DNA of 64,000 nt from a virus. The stretch spans positions 1 through 64,000 of IMG/VR virus record IMGVR_UViG_3300028920_000045. One strand, written 5' to 3'. The notes beneath the pieces were generated by a model that was not told the origin of the DNA, made no database searches, and saw nothing but the letters and a program-made list of their open reading frames with translations. Within the stretch, counting starts at the first letter, position 1; the number at the start of each line of letters is the position of its first letter. A program made the position numbers and the translations under genes. Shown piece by piece: positions 26,569 through 34,381 of this stretch.

Positions 26569-27597
26569 ATGTCGAGCACACCCGAGACGACGACAACCGA
26601 GAAGAAGGCCGAACGTCGTCTCGTCGATCTCCAGGTTTCAAACGTCGACCTCGTCGACGACGCCGCGAACGAAACGACGTTCTCTGTCGTGAAACGGAAG
26701 GAGGGCCGAGGGATGGCCGCAAAGAAGTCGAAGGTCCAGAAGTCGGAGGAAGAGACGGTCGCCACCGAGGTCGCCGGGGACGAGTCCACGTCGGGGGGCG
26801 AGACCACCGAGGAGTCGACCGAGGAGACCACCGAGGAGTCGACCGAGGAGTCGGCCGAGGACGGCGGCTCCGAGACCGTCGGGAACGACGGCGGTGACCC
26901 CCAGGCCGCGATCCTCAACGGCGTGTCGAAGACCGCCGAGGCCGTGACCCAGCTCGGGGAGCGGCTCGACCAGTTCCTCAAGGCCATGTCCGGGAAGAAG
27001 GACAAGACGAAGAAGGAGGACGAGGAGGACGACTCCGAGGGCGTCGAGAAGCAGACCGGCGGGGACATGGTCAAGATGATCAAGGACCACCTCGCCGCCG
27101 CCCTCAAGGTCACGGACCTCCCGGCCGACGCGAAGACCGAGATCGACGCGGCCATCGCCGTCCTCGGGAAGATGGGGACGTACCCCGACGCGAAGTCGAA
27201 GGACGGCGAGGAGGTCACCAAGGCCGGTCGGGTCTTCTCCGCGAAGAACCTCAAGACCATGAAGACGGCCTTCGAGGCCCTCGACTCCCTGATCAAGATG
27301 GTCGAGTCCGAGGCCGAGGACACGACCAAGGGGAAGACGAAGAAGACCGAGGACGAGGACGGCGACGAGAAGGTGACCAAGGCCGTCGACGGTGCCGACC
27401 AGGTGACCAAGGCCGTCAAGGGTCTCACCGCCGTCGTCGAGAAGGTGACCAAGCGGCTCGACGACGTCGAGGGGCTCGTCGGCGTCTCGAAGTCCCTGGG
27501 CGACGACGAGGACGGCGACGACAACTCGACCGTCCAGGAGTCCGGGACCTGGGACTCGCTGGGGCTGATCCCCGACGAGTTCACCGGCCAGAAGTAG
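26569..27597 (+). CDS. Scaffold-like protein (XkdF N- and C-terminal parts without protease core)
   Basis: RRLVDLQVSNVDLVDDAAN...F, TKAGRVFSAKNL, acidic coiled coil; directly before capsid gene. Confidence 0.82.
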   Translation: MSSTPETTTTEKKAERRLVDLQVSNVDLVDDAANETTFSVVKRKEGRGMAAKKSKVQKSEEETVATEVAGDESTSGGETTEESTEETTEESTEESAEDGGSETVGNDGGDPQAAILNGVSKTAEAVTQLGERLDQFLKAMSGKKDKTKKEDEEDDSEGVEKQTGGDMVKMIKDHLAAALKVTDLPADAKTEIDAAIAVLGKMGTYPDAKSKDGEEVTKAGRVFSAKNLKTMKTAFEALDSLIKMVESEAEDTTKGKTKKTEDEDGDEKVTKAVDGADQVTKAVKGLTAVVEKVTKRLDDVEGLVGVSKSLGDDEDGDDNSTVQESGTWDSLGLIPDEFTGQK

Positions 27598-27684
27598 ATC
27601 GCCCCGGGGTTGAACCCGGGATCGTGAACACGGGGCTCCGGTGGGGATACCGTGGCCCGAAAGAGAAAGGACAGGAGGCCCACA

Positions 27685-28899
27685 ATGGCAGTCGGAAACC
27701 CCGAGGTGCTCCGTAAGGCCGTGATCACGACCGACGCGATCACGACCGCAGGCAAGCTCAACCCCGAGCAGGCCGACAAGTTCATCGACTACGTCTTCGA
27801 CGTGACCAAGCTCAAGGGGAACGCCCGGACGATCAAGTTCCGGTCGGAGCAGTACTACATCGACAAGATCGGTGTCGGGGCGCGGGTCGCGGTGCCGAAG
27901 GTCGAGGCCAAGGACCCCGGGGTCCGTCGGGGCGTGTCGACGTCCCGGGTCACCCTGCACCCGCAGGAGATCATGTGCCCCTTCGAGATCTCGTACCAGA
28001 TGCTCGAACAGAACCTCGAAGGGGAGGCCCTGGCCGAGAAGCTGATCCGTCTCTTCTCGATCCAGTTCGGGAACGACATGGAGGAGCTGTGCATCCAGGG
28101 TGACCAGCTCGGTCGCGCGGTCCTCCAGTCCGAGTACATCGACGGCGGCGACCCGACCCGGTACGTCCGGGACAACTATCTCAAGCTCCAGGACGGCTGG
28201 CTCACCCTGGCGCGGGCGGGTCACGGGGTCGATGCGGACCAGGCCAACGTGTCGAACCGGATCTTCTCCCGGCTCCTCAACGCCCTCCCCGAGAAGTTCA
28301 AGCGGAACCGTGGTCAGCTCCGGTTCTTCTGCTCGACCGACCTGGAGCAGAACTACCGCGAGAAGGTCTCGGCCCGCGCGACCGGCAAGGGCGACCAGGC
28401 CCTCATGTCCGAGGTCCCGCTGACCCCGTACGGGATTCCGCTGATCGGCGTCCCGCTCCTGCCGATGGGTCCCCGGATCGTCGAGCACGTCGTCCTGACC
28501 GGCACCACGGCGGTCCCCCTGCTCTACAAGGGGATCACCTCGGTCGTCGTGCTCCCGTCCGACCTGGACCAGACCCCGACCACGCCGTACGTCGAGGGCT
28601 CGGGCAACGACTACAACCTCACGACCGCCGCCGACGGGACCGTGTCCATCGCCCGCGACGGTGCGTCGACCATCCCCTCCGGGGCGACGGTCAAGGTGAC
28701 GTACTCGGCCCTGGCCCAGATCATCCTCACGCACGAGAGCAACATGATCGTGGGGCTGAACAAGGACACCGTCCGTCTGGAACGGGACCGCGACATCTTC
28801 GCGGGCGTCCTCCAGTTCGCCCTCACCGCCGACCTCGCCGTCGAGTACGAGGAGGCCGACGCCATCGCCTTCGCCTACAACGTCGGGACCGACGTCTAG
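27685..28899 (+). CDS. Major capsid protein (XkdG/HK97-fold type)
   Basis: GKLNPEQADKFID, IDKIGVGARV, LEQNLEGE, FGNDMEELCIQGD, DGWL, ALPEKF; highly expressed codon style. Confidence 0.93.
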   Translation: MAVGNPEVLRKAVITTDAITTAGKLNPEQADKFIDYVFDVTKLKGNARTIKFRSEQYYIDKIGVGARVAVPKVEAKDPGVRRGVSTSRVTLHPQEIMCPFEISYQMLEQNLEGEALAEKLIRLFSIQFGNDMEELCIQGDQLGRAVLQSEYIDGGDPTRYVRDNYLKLQDGWLTLARAGHGVDADQANVSNRIFSRLLNALPEKFKRNRGQLRFFCSTDLEQNYREKVSARATGKGDQALMSEVPLTPYGIPLIGVPLLPMGPRIVEHVVLTGTTAVPLLYKGITSVVVLPSDLDQTPTTPYVEGSGNDYNLTTAADGTVSIARDGASTIPSGATVKVTYSALAQIILTHESNMIVGLNKDTVRLERDRDIFAGVLQFALTADLAVEYEEADAIAFAYNVGTDV

Positions 28900-28938
28900 G
28901 TCGAGGAGACGTCGTCGACCGAGTGACCCAGTTCCATC

Positions 28939-28971
28939 CGAGGGGGCGGGGGTGTGACTCCCGCCCCCTCG
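28939..28971 (+). terminator. Hairpin downstream of capsid gene
   Basis: CGAGGGGGCGGGGG-tgtga-CTCCCGCCCCCTCG stem; weak U tract. Confidence 0.6.
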
Positions 28972-29006
28972 ACTTCTGTCCATAGCCCGAGAGGAGGAGG
29001 AACCTC

Positions 29007-29621
29007 ATGGCAACCGCGAGGAAGTCAGGGTCGAAGAAGAAGACCGCTGCGAAGACTCGCCCGTCGAAGAAGAAGACGTCGAAGAAGAAGACGTCGAAGA
29101 AGGTCTCCGTCGGGTCGAAGGTCAAGACCGACTTGCCGCCCCCGACACCGGCCGAGGGCGACGAGGGGAACGACCAGTCCGACCCCGTCGAGAAGAAGAA
29201 GGGCGAGCCCGACTCGACCGGGAAGCCCTGGTGCTTCGGCCAGACCGACCAGCTCGACGAGGGTGAGGTCTGTACGGAGTGCGACCACCTCGACGACTGT
29301 GCGGCCGAGGTCGCCCTCACGAACGTCCCCCTCGACGAGCCCGACGACGACGACGAGACCGAGGGGACGTCGGAGCCGGTGGAGTCCGAGGAGAAGAAGC
29401 CGATCCGTCGGTCCCGTCCGAAGAAGACGGTCCTCGACGCCCCCGCCCCCGGGAACGGTGCTCGGGTCGTTCTGATCCAGGGCCGGTCGGACACCCCGGC
29501 CGGGGTCGGGGTCAGGTTCCAGGCCGGGGTACCGGTCCTGCTCAACGACCCGGCGAAGATCGACATCCTCCGGGGCAACCCCCGGTACTCGGTCGTCGAG
29601 GCCACGCCGACGAAGAAGTGA
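29007..29621 (+). CDS. Hypothetical protein with Lys-rich N-tail and Cys4 knuckle
   Basis: SKKKT repeats; WCFG...CTECDHLDDC. Confidence 0.75.
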   Translation: MATARKSGSKKKTAAKTRPSKKKTSKKKTSKKVSVGSKVKTDLPPPTPAEGDEGNDQSDPVEKKKGEPDSTGKPWCFGQTDQLDEGEVCTECDHLDDCAAEVALTNVPLDEPDDDDETEGTSEPVESEEKKPIRRSRPKKTVLDAPAPGNGARVVLIQGRSDTPAGVGVRFQAGVPVLLNDPAKIDILRGNPRYSVVEATPTKK

Positions 29622-29632
29622 GGAGGTCCCCG

Positions 29633-30232
29633 ATGTCCACCGAGTACACACACGGTCTCTCCCTCAAGTCCTTCGGCTCGTCCGTCGAGGTCCAGCTCCC
29701 CGACCGGAAGGTCCTGGTCAACGGCCGTCGACGTGTCCTGATCACGTCGGCCGAGAAGGACTGGGTCGAGGAGTCCGACGACTCGTCCCTCTTCCGTGTC
29801 CGTGAGCTGCCGAAGCCCAGGGCTCCCCGGAAGAAGAAGCCGGTCGAGCCGAAGACGGCCGAGCCGAAGAAGAGGAACTTCGTCGAGACCCCCTCCCGCG
29901 AGGAGATCGAGAAGGCCGACGAGGAGACCCGGAAGGCCCAGGAGGAGGAGAAGGCCGACGCCGAGGAGTCCCGGAAGAAGTCGAAGGACGAACGAGACGC
30001 CCGGAGACGGGCGAAGTCCACCGACGGGGACTCCGACACCCCCGAGGGGGAGAACGTCGACCAGGACGGACCTCCGGACCAGGACGACCCCCTCTCGGTC
30101 GAGGTCGGGGCGATGTCGGCCACGGTCGACCCGGGACCCGACGGGCAGCTCGGGACCGACGACGACGAGACCACGATCACCCCGAAGAAGAAGACCCGGA
30201 AGAAGAAGTCGAAGTCGAAGACCGAGGGGTGA
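29633..30232 (+). CDS. Hypothetical charged low-complexity protein
   Basis: GAGGAGG RBS; MSTEYTHG start. Confidence 0.72.
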   Translation: MSTEYTHGLSLKSFGSSVEVQLPDRKVLVNGRRRVLITSAEKDWVEESDDSSLFRVRELPKPRAPRKKKPVEPKTAEPKKRNFVETPSREEIEKADEETRKAQEEEKADAEESRKKSKDERDARRRAKSTDGDSDTPEGENVDQDGPPDQDDPLSVEVGAMSATVDPGPDGQLGTDDDETTITPKKKTRKKKSKSKTEG

Positions 30233-30259
30233 CCGACCCCTCGTCCGTCGGGGGGTCCT

Positions 30260-30655
30260 GTGCTCAAGATCAACCGCCGAGACGGTAGGACCCTCACCTT
30301 CGACCTCCTCACCGTCGAGGGTCTCGACGACTGGGTCAAGGCCCAGGGCGACCCGAAGTTCCAGTCCCAGATCTCCGGAGCCGGTATCCTCCACGACGGA
30401 GTGCTCCACGTCCTGACCATCCCCCAGGGGTTCCGGACGTTGTCCTTCGAGGCAGAGGTCCTCTACCGGAAGAACGGAGACGGGACCAAGGTTGCGGGGG
30501 AACGACTCACCTGCTACGCTGACCACGTCCGACTCACGGTGACCGTTCACCACGGGTCTCGTCCGAAGGTGGCGAAGTACTCCACCGCCCGGGTCGGACG
30601 AATGAGGTACAACCCGGCCCTCCACGGGCCGGTCAGGAAGGAGAGAGACTCATGA
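30260..30655 (+). CDS. Hypothetical protein
   Basis: Operon context; typical codon usage. Confidence 0.7.
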   Translation: MLKINRRDGRTLTFDLLTVEGLDDWVKAQGDPKFQSQISGAGILHDGVLHVLTIPQGFRTLSFEAEVLYRKNGDGTKVAGERLTCYADHVRLTVTVHHGSRPKVAKYSTARVGRMRYNPALHGPVRKERDS

Positions 30656-31110
30656 GTCAGACCCCACACAAGGACGACCCCCGAGCCCTCCAGACCGACG
30701 ACGAGGGGCTCCCGATCCCCGCCTACAAGCTCACGGTCAGAGACGCAGAGCTGACCGGTGTCCTGGTCACGGTCGGGGCGACGGTCGAGGTTGAGGACCT
30801 GGAACTCCGAGGTCGGGTCGTTCGTCTCCAGGTGAAGAAGACGGCGGGCTCGGCCAGTAACTACTCGGTCCAGGTCCTCACCCGAGATCCGGACTCGACC
30901 CCGGCCCCTCACGACTTCGACGACGTGTACCCGACGACGTCTCACGCCGTCGCCAGCGATCCGGTCGACGAGAACGTCGACAAGGTGTACGAGAACCGAG
31001 ACGGAGACGGTGGTCCGAGGAAGCGGTCCCTCTACGTCAAGATCATTCCGGACGACTCGGCCACGCCTAACGACTTCGACATCCGGCTCTCGGTCGAGCA
31101 GATGGTGTGA
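30652..31110 (+). CDS. Hypothetical virion-associated protein
   Basis: ATGA coupling; beta-rich. Confidence 0.7.
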   Translation: MSQTPHKDDPRALQTDDEGLPIPAYKLTVRDAELTGVLVTVGATVEVEDLELRGRVVRLQVKKTAGSASNYSVQVLTRDPDSTPAPHDFDDVYPTTSHAVASDPVDENVDKVYENRDGDGGPRKRSLYVKIIPDDSATPNDFDIRLSVEQMV

Positions 31111-31117
31111 GGTCCTC

Positions 31118-31621
31118 TTGCGACCGAGGCAAATCACGGATGGTCTACGTCACGACTCTCTGGACGTAGGACCTCACGACCACCACGGCCGTCCTGCCTC
31201 GGTCGACTTCTCGGACACCTCCACCTCTCTCCCTCCCGGAACTGACTTCGACCTGGACGTCACTCTCCCGGCAGGAGACTACACCTTCGCCAAGGTGATC
31301 CTCCTCGGTCCGACGGTCAGTGACGGAGGTGGTCTCTGGAAGGAGTCGGCTGTCGTACTCGTGACCAGGTCTGCGTCGGAGGCCATGTCCGAGAGTATCC
31401 GGTACGCCTCTTTCAAAAAGACGTACGTCGCCCGGTACTCGAAGAACGTGGGGGACTCGTACCTCTCGCACAAGGTCTTCGACTCGAATACTTCCCACTC
31501 GGCTCGATACATCGCACTCAAGGACGCGGTCCTCACCGGATCGGTCCTCCGTCTGACCTTTCACAACTTCTTCGGCGGGAGTGCCTTCCTCTCCGTCAAG
31601 GGACAGGTCCTTGCGTGGTGA
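31118..31621 (+). CDS. Hypothetical protein, paralog 1 of 3
   Basis: TTG start; RP...HDSLDVGPHDHH and YLSHKVFDS...YIALKDA. Confidence 0.72.
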   Translation: MRPRQITDGLRHDSLDVGPHDHHGRPASVDFSDTSTSLPPGTDFDLDVTLPAGDYTFAKVILLGPTVSDGGGLWKESAVVLVTRSASEAMSESIRYASFKKTYVARYSKNVGDSYLSHKVFDSNTSHSARYIALKDAVLTGSVLRLTFHNFFGGSAFLSVKGQVLAW

Positions 31622-31624
31622 ACC

Positions 31625-32116
31625 ATGAGACCGGCTGACCGACAGATCCAGGACGGGCACGACGACCTCCTCGGGGTGACGTCGGAGCAGCACCATCCGA
31701 TCCCCCAGACGATCAAGGTCCAGATCAATAGCGCGTCGATCTCCGGTCTCTCGTCGTACGAGCACCGGGTCTCGATAGGACCTGGTCACAAGACGTTCTT
31801 GGCGAACCTCCGAGGGAATGAGGTTATCCAGATCACCGGTCACGCCGGGGCTCTGGTCCTTGCCTCGGATTCGTCCGGTCAGTGCTCCGGGATCAGTGCC
31901 AAGCCGTACGGGGCTGGAGGATACTACACGTCGTATATGGGCGGGTACTCCCGACTCCACGGTGACTCGTACCTCACTCCGGACCTCTTCGGATCAAGTG
32001 TCCGGTTGAGGGACGCTTACATCGACACCGCGACCGACGAGGCGGTCCTTGAGTTCTACAACGTCAATGCGGCTTCTCGTTCCGTGGTCTGCTACGGGAC
32101 GATCATGGTCAAGTAA
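31625..32116 (+). CDS. Hypothetical protein, paralog 2 of 3
   Basis: MRP...HDDLLGVTSEQHH; YSRLHGDSYLT...LRDAYI. Confidence 0.75.
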   Translation: MRPADRQIQDGHDDLLGVTSEQHHPIPQTIKVQINSASISGLSSYEHRVSIGPGHKTFLANLRGNEVIQITGHAGALVLASDSSGQCSGISAKPYGAGGYYTSYMGGYSRLHGDSYLTPDLFGSSVRLRDAYIDTATDEAVLEFYNVNAASRSVVCYGTIMVK

Positions 32117-32117
32117 G

Positions 32118-32642
32118 ATGCGACCCGAAGACATCCTCCAGCACCCCACCTTGCACTCGGCTCTCACGGGGGTCCTACCCGATCAGCACCACAAGAAACC
32201 CACTCGGGTCGTCGTGTCGAATACCAGTCTCGTCGTCCCCCCTCTTCCGGGTGGTCCGAGTAACTGGGACATCCCTGTCGACTTCGACGCCGTTGCCGTC
32301 ACTCTCAACCTCCGGTCCGTCCGAACCGTGGCCGAGGGTGGAGGCAAAGCCGGGGTGATCGGGATTGCGACCAGGTCCATCCTTGAGGCGACCTGTGCGA
32401 GCCTCGGGGGATACACCTCGATCTCGATCTCGGGGCAGAATAGCTGGTACTCGAAACCGGGAGGGAGTCTCCTCCTGTCGCACAAGGTCTTCGACAGCGC
32501 GGGAGGGTACATCGCTCTCACCGAGGCGTACTTGACCTTGACCGGTCCGACGACGAGAGTCCTCCGAACGACCTGGACGAACTTCGGGTCCAGCAACAAG
32601 ACTCTTTCGGTGTCCGGAGTCCTGGGGGTGGTCAGTGAGTGA
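32118..32642 (+). CDS. Hypothetical protein, paralog 3 of 3
   Basis: MRP...HSALTGVLPDQHH; LSHKVFDS...YIALTEAYLT. Confidence 0.75.
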   Translation: MRPEDILQHPTLHSALTGVLPDQHHKKPTRVVVSNTSLVVPPLPGGPSNWDIPVDFDAVAVTLNLRSVRTVAEGGGKAGVIGIATRSILEATCASLGGYTSISISGQNSWYSKPGGSLLLSHKVFDSAGGYIALTEAYLTLTGPTTRVLRTTWTNFGSSNKTLSVSGVLGVVSE

Positions 32643-33879
32643 TCGACTTCGAGTCCTCATGGTCTGTCAGGAGGACCCCGCTTTCATCCTGGGAGGGATG
32701 GGGCGTCACGTCGGAGAACTCGGCCGGAGTCTGGCCGAGAGGGACGACGTCGAGGTCGAGCTGCTGACCAGCGGTCGGGGAGAAGGGTCGGAGGAGTGGC
32801 ACGGGTTCGTCCGTCACCTCTCCGACAAGCTGGTCTGTCGGAAGCCACAGAGCCCGAACTTGAACGCCCTTCGTCTGGCCGACTTCCAGCTCGCCAAGAC
32901 CCTCGCTAGACTACTCGCCCAGGGGAAGAGGTGGGACCTCGTCCATATCCACGAATGGAACTCGGTCGAGGTCGGACGAATGGTTCGGGACGCCCTCGGT
33001 GTCCCGATGGTCGGAACCCTCCACCTCTGCCTCACTCGTCTCTCGCAGATCGAGACGTGTCCGACCGATCACGTCGACGAGGACGAGTTCAAGACGGAGG
33101 AGTGGGCGTACATGCTCCAGCAGGAGGCACACCTCGCCGTCGACTCCGACCGGTTTATTGTCTGCTCCAGGGCGTACGAGGAGATCGCCCGAGAGTGCTT
33201 CCTCACCGAGAGACGAATCGAGGTGATCCCGAACGGGATCGACCTCAAGGTCTGGAATCCAGACGCCGGGGTCGGTGTCCGGGCGAGGGCGACTCATAAC
33301 CTCCCTCCGAAGAAGATCGCCCTCTTCGTCGGGAGGATTGCCGACATGAAAGGGATCAGGGTTCTCCTCGACGCCGTCGAGCAGGCCGACGACGAATGGA
33401 TCTTCGTCGTGGTCGGTGAGGTGAACGCGGACACGAAGGAAGCGGCCGACCAGTGGGAAGTGACCAAGAGGATCAAGTCCATCGAAGAGGCCCATCCTCA
33501 ACGTCTCCGCTGGCTCAAGTTCCAACACGGCCAGAACCTCCGGGACCTCTACTCCTGTGCCGATGTCGTGATCATGCCGTCGGTACATGAGCCCTTCGGG
33601 ATCGTAGCTCTGGAGGCGATGGCGATGGGTACACCCTTGATCTCCACCGAGGTCGACGGACTCGGGGAGGTCGTGCTCGACCAGGATGGGAACGAGTACT
33701 CGTTTATCTGTGACCCGAACCGACCCGACCAGATCCTCGAAGGACTGGAGAGGTGCAAGGACCCGAACGTCCGCGAGGAACTCCGTCGTCTGGGACTCCG
33801 TCGAGCTGCCGACTTCGACTGGGACGAGGTTGCGGAGCGGACGGTCCGGGTGTACAAAGAGGCAACGGGAGGTCAGTAA
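32635..33879 (+). CDS. GT-B glycosyltransferase, family 4
   Basis: GGMGRHV, HIHEW, VIPNGID, LFVGRIADMKG, MPSVHEPFGIVALEAMAMGTPLI. Confidence 0.95.
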   Translation: MSDRLRVLMVCQEDPAFILGGMGRHVGELGRSLAERDDVEVELLTSGRGEGSEEWHGFVRHLSDKLVCRKPQSPNLNALRLADFQLAKTLARLLAQGKRWDLVHIHEWNSVEVGRMVRDALGVPMVGTLHLCLTRLSQIETCPTDHVDEDEFKTEEWAYMLQQEAHLAVDSDRFIVCSRAYEEIARECFLTERRIEVIPNGIDLKVWNPDAGVGVRARATHNLPPKKIALFVGRIADMKGIRVLLDAVEQADDEWIFVVVGEVNADTKEAADQWEVTKRIKSIEEAHPQRLRWLKFQHGQNLRDLYSCADVVIMPSVHEPFGIVALEAMAMGTPLISTEVDGLGEVVLDQDGNEYSFICDPNRPDQILEGLERCKDPNVREELRRLGLRRAADFDWDEVAERTVRVYKEATGGQ

Positions 33880-34379
33880 TGCTGGCAACGATCAGTCACC
33901 CCGATCCGACGGTCCCTCTCGACAAGGCCCGGATCGCCTCGTACAAGCCCGAACTCAACGCAGGACAGGGACGACTCTGGCTCGAAGTCTGGGTCGTCCT
34001 GGGGAAGCTCCTGGACCCCGAGGACGAGGACTCCTTCGTCGAATACCCGGTCCCGTCAACCGGAGCCGCCGCCCTCGAATTCAAGATCGAGGACGGGGTC
34101 CATCCGTTGCGACCGGGAACGGGTCTCGGGAAGTGTGACCAGTGCGGGGAGTGGCACCCGAGGATGTCCGGTCCCTGCGGTCTTCCAGGTTGTGAGGGGA
34201 CCGTGATCATGTACGACGGTTTCTCTCGCATCCGGACACCTCCGGAGGAGATCGACGGGGACTGTTGCTTTCTGATCCATTCCGCGAAGATGCTGGAGTT
34301 CCTGGTCAACGAAGAGGTCCCGGACCCGGATACCTGGGAGATGGTCAAGGTCCTCGACGCGACCCTCAACGGAGGCTGA
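33879..34379 (+). CDS. Hypothetical protein with Cys motifs
   Basis: TAATG coupling; CDQC...CGLPGC. Confidence 0.7.
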   Translation: MLATISHPDPTVPLDKARIASYKPELNAGQGRLWLEVWVVLGKLLDPEDEDSFVEYPVPSTGAAALEFKIEDGVHPLRPGTGLGKCDQCGEWHPRMSGPCGLPGCEGTVIMYDGFSRIRTPPEEIDGDCCFLIHSAKMLEFLVNEEVPDPDTWEMVKVLDATLNGG

Positions 34380-34381
34380 TC

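Noticed and set aside
24234-28983. 1183-aa and 781-aa minus-strand ORFs
   Set aside because: Mirror the polyprotein, scaffold and capsid genes; no motifs of their own
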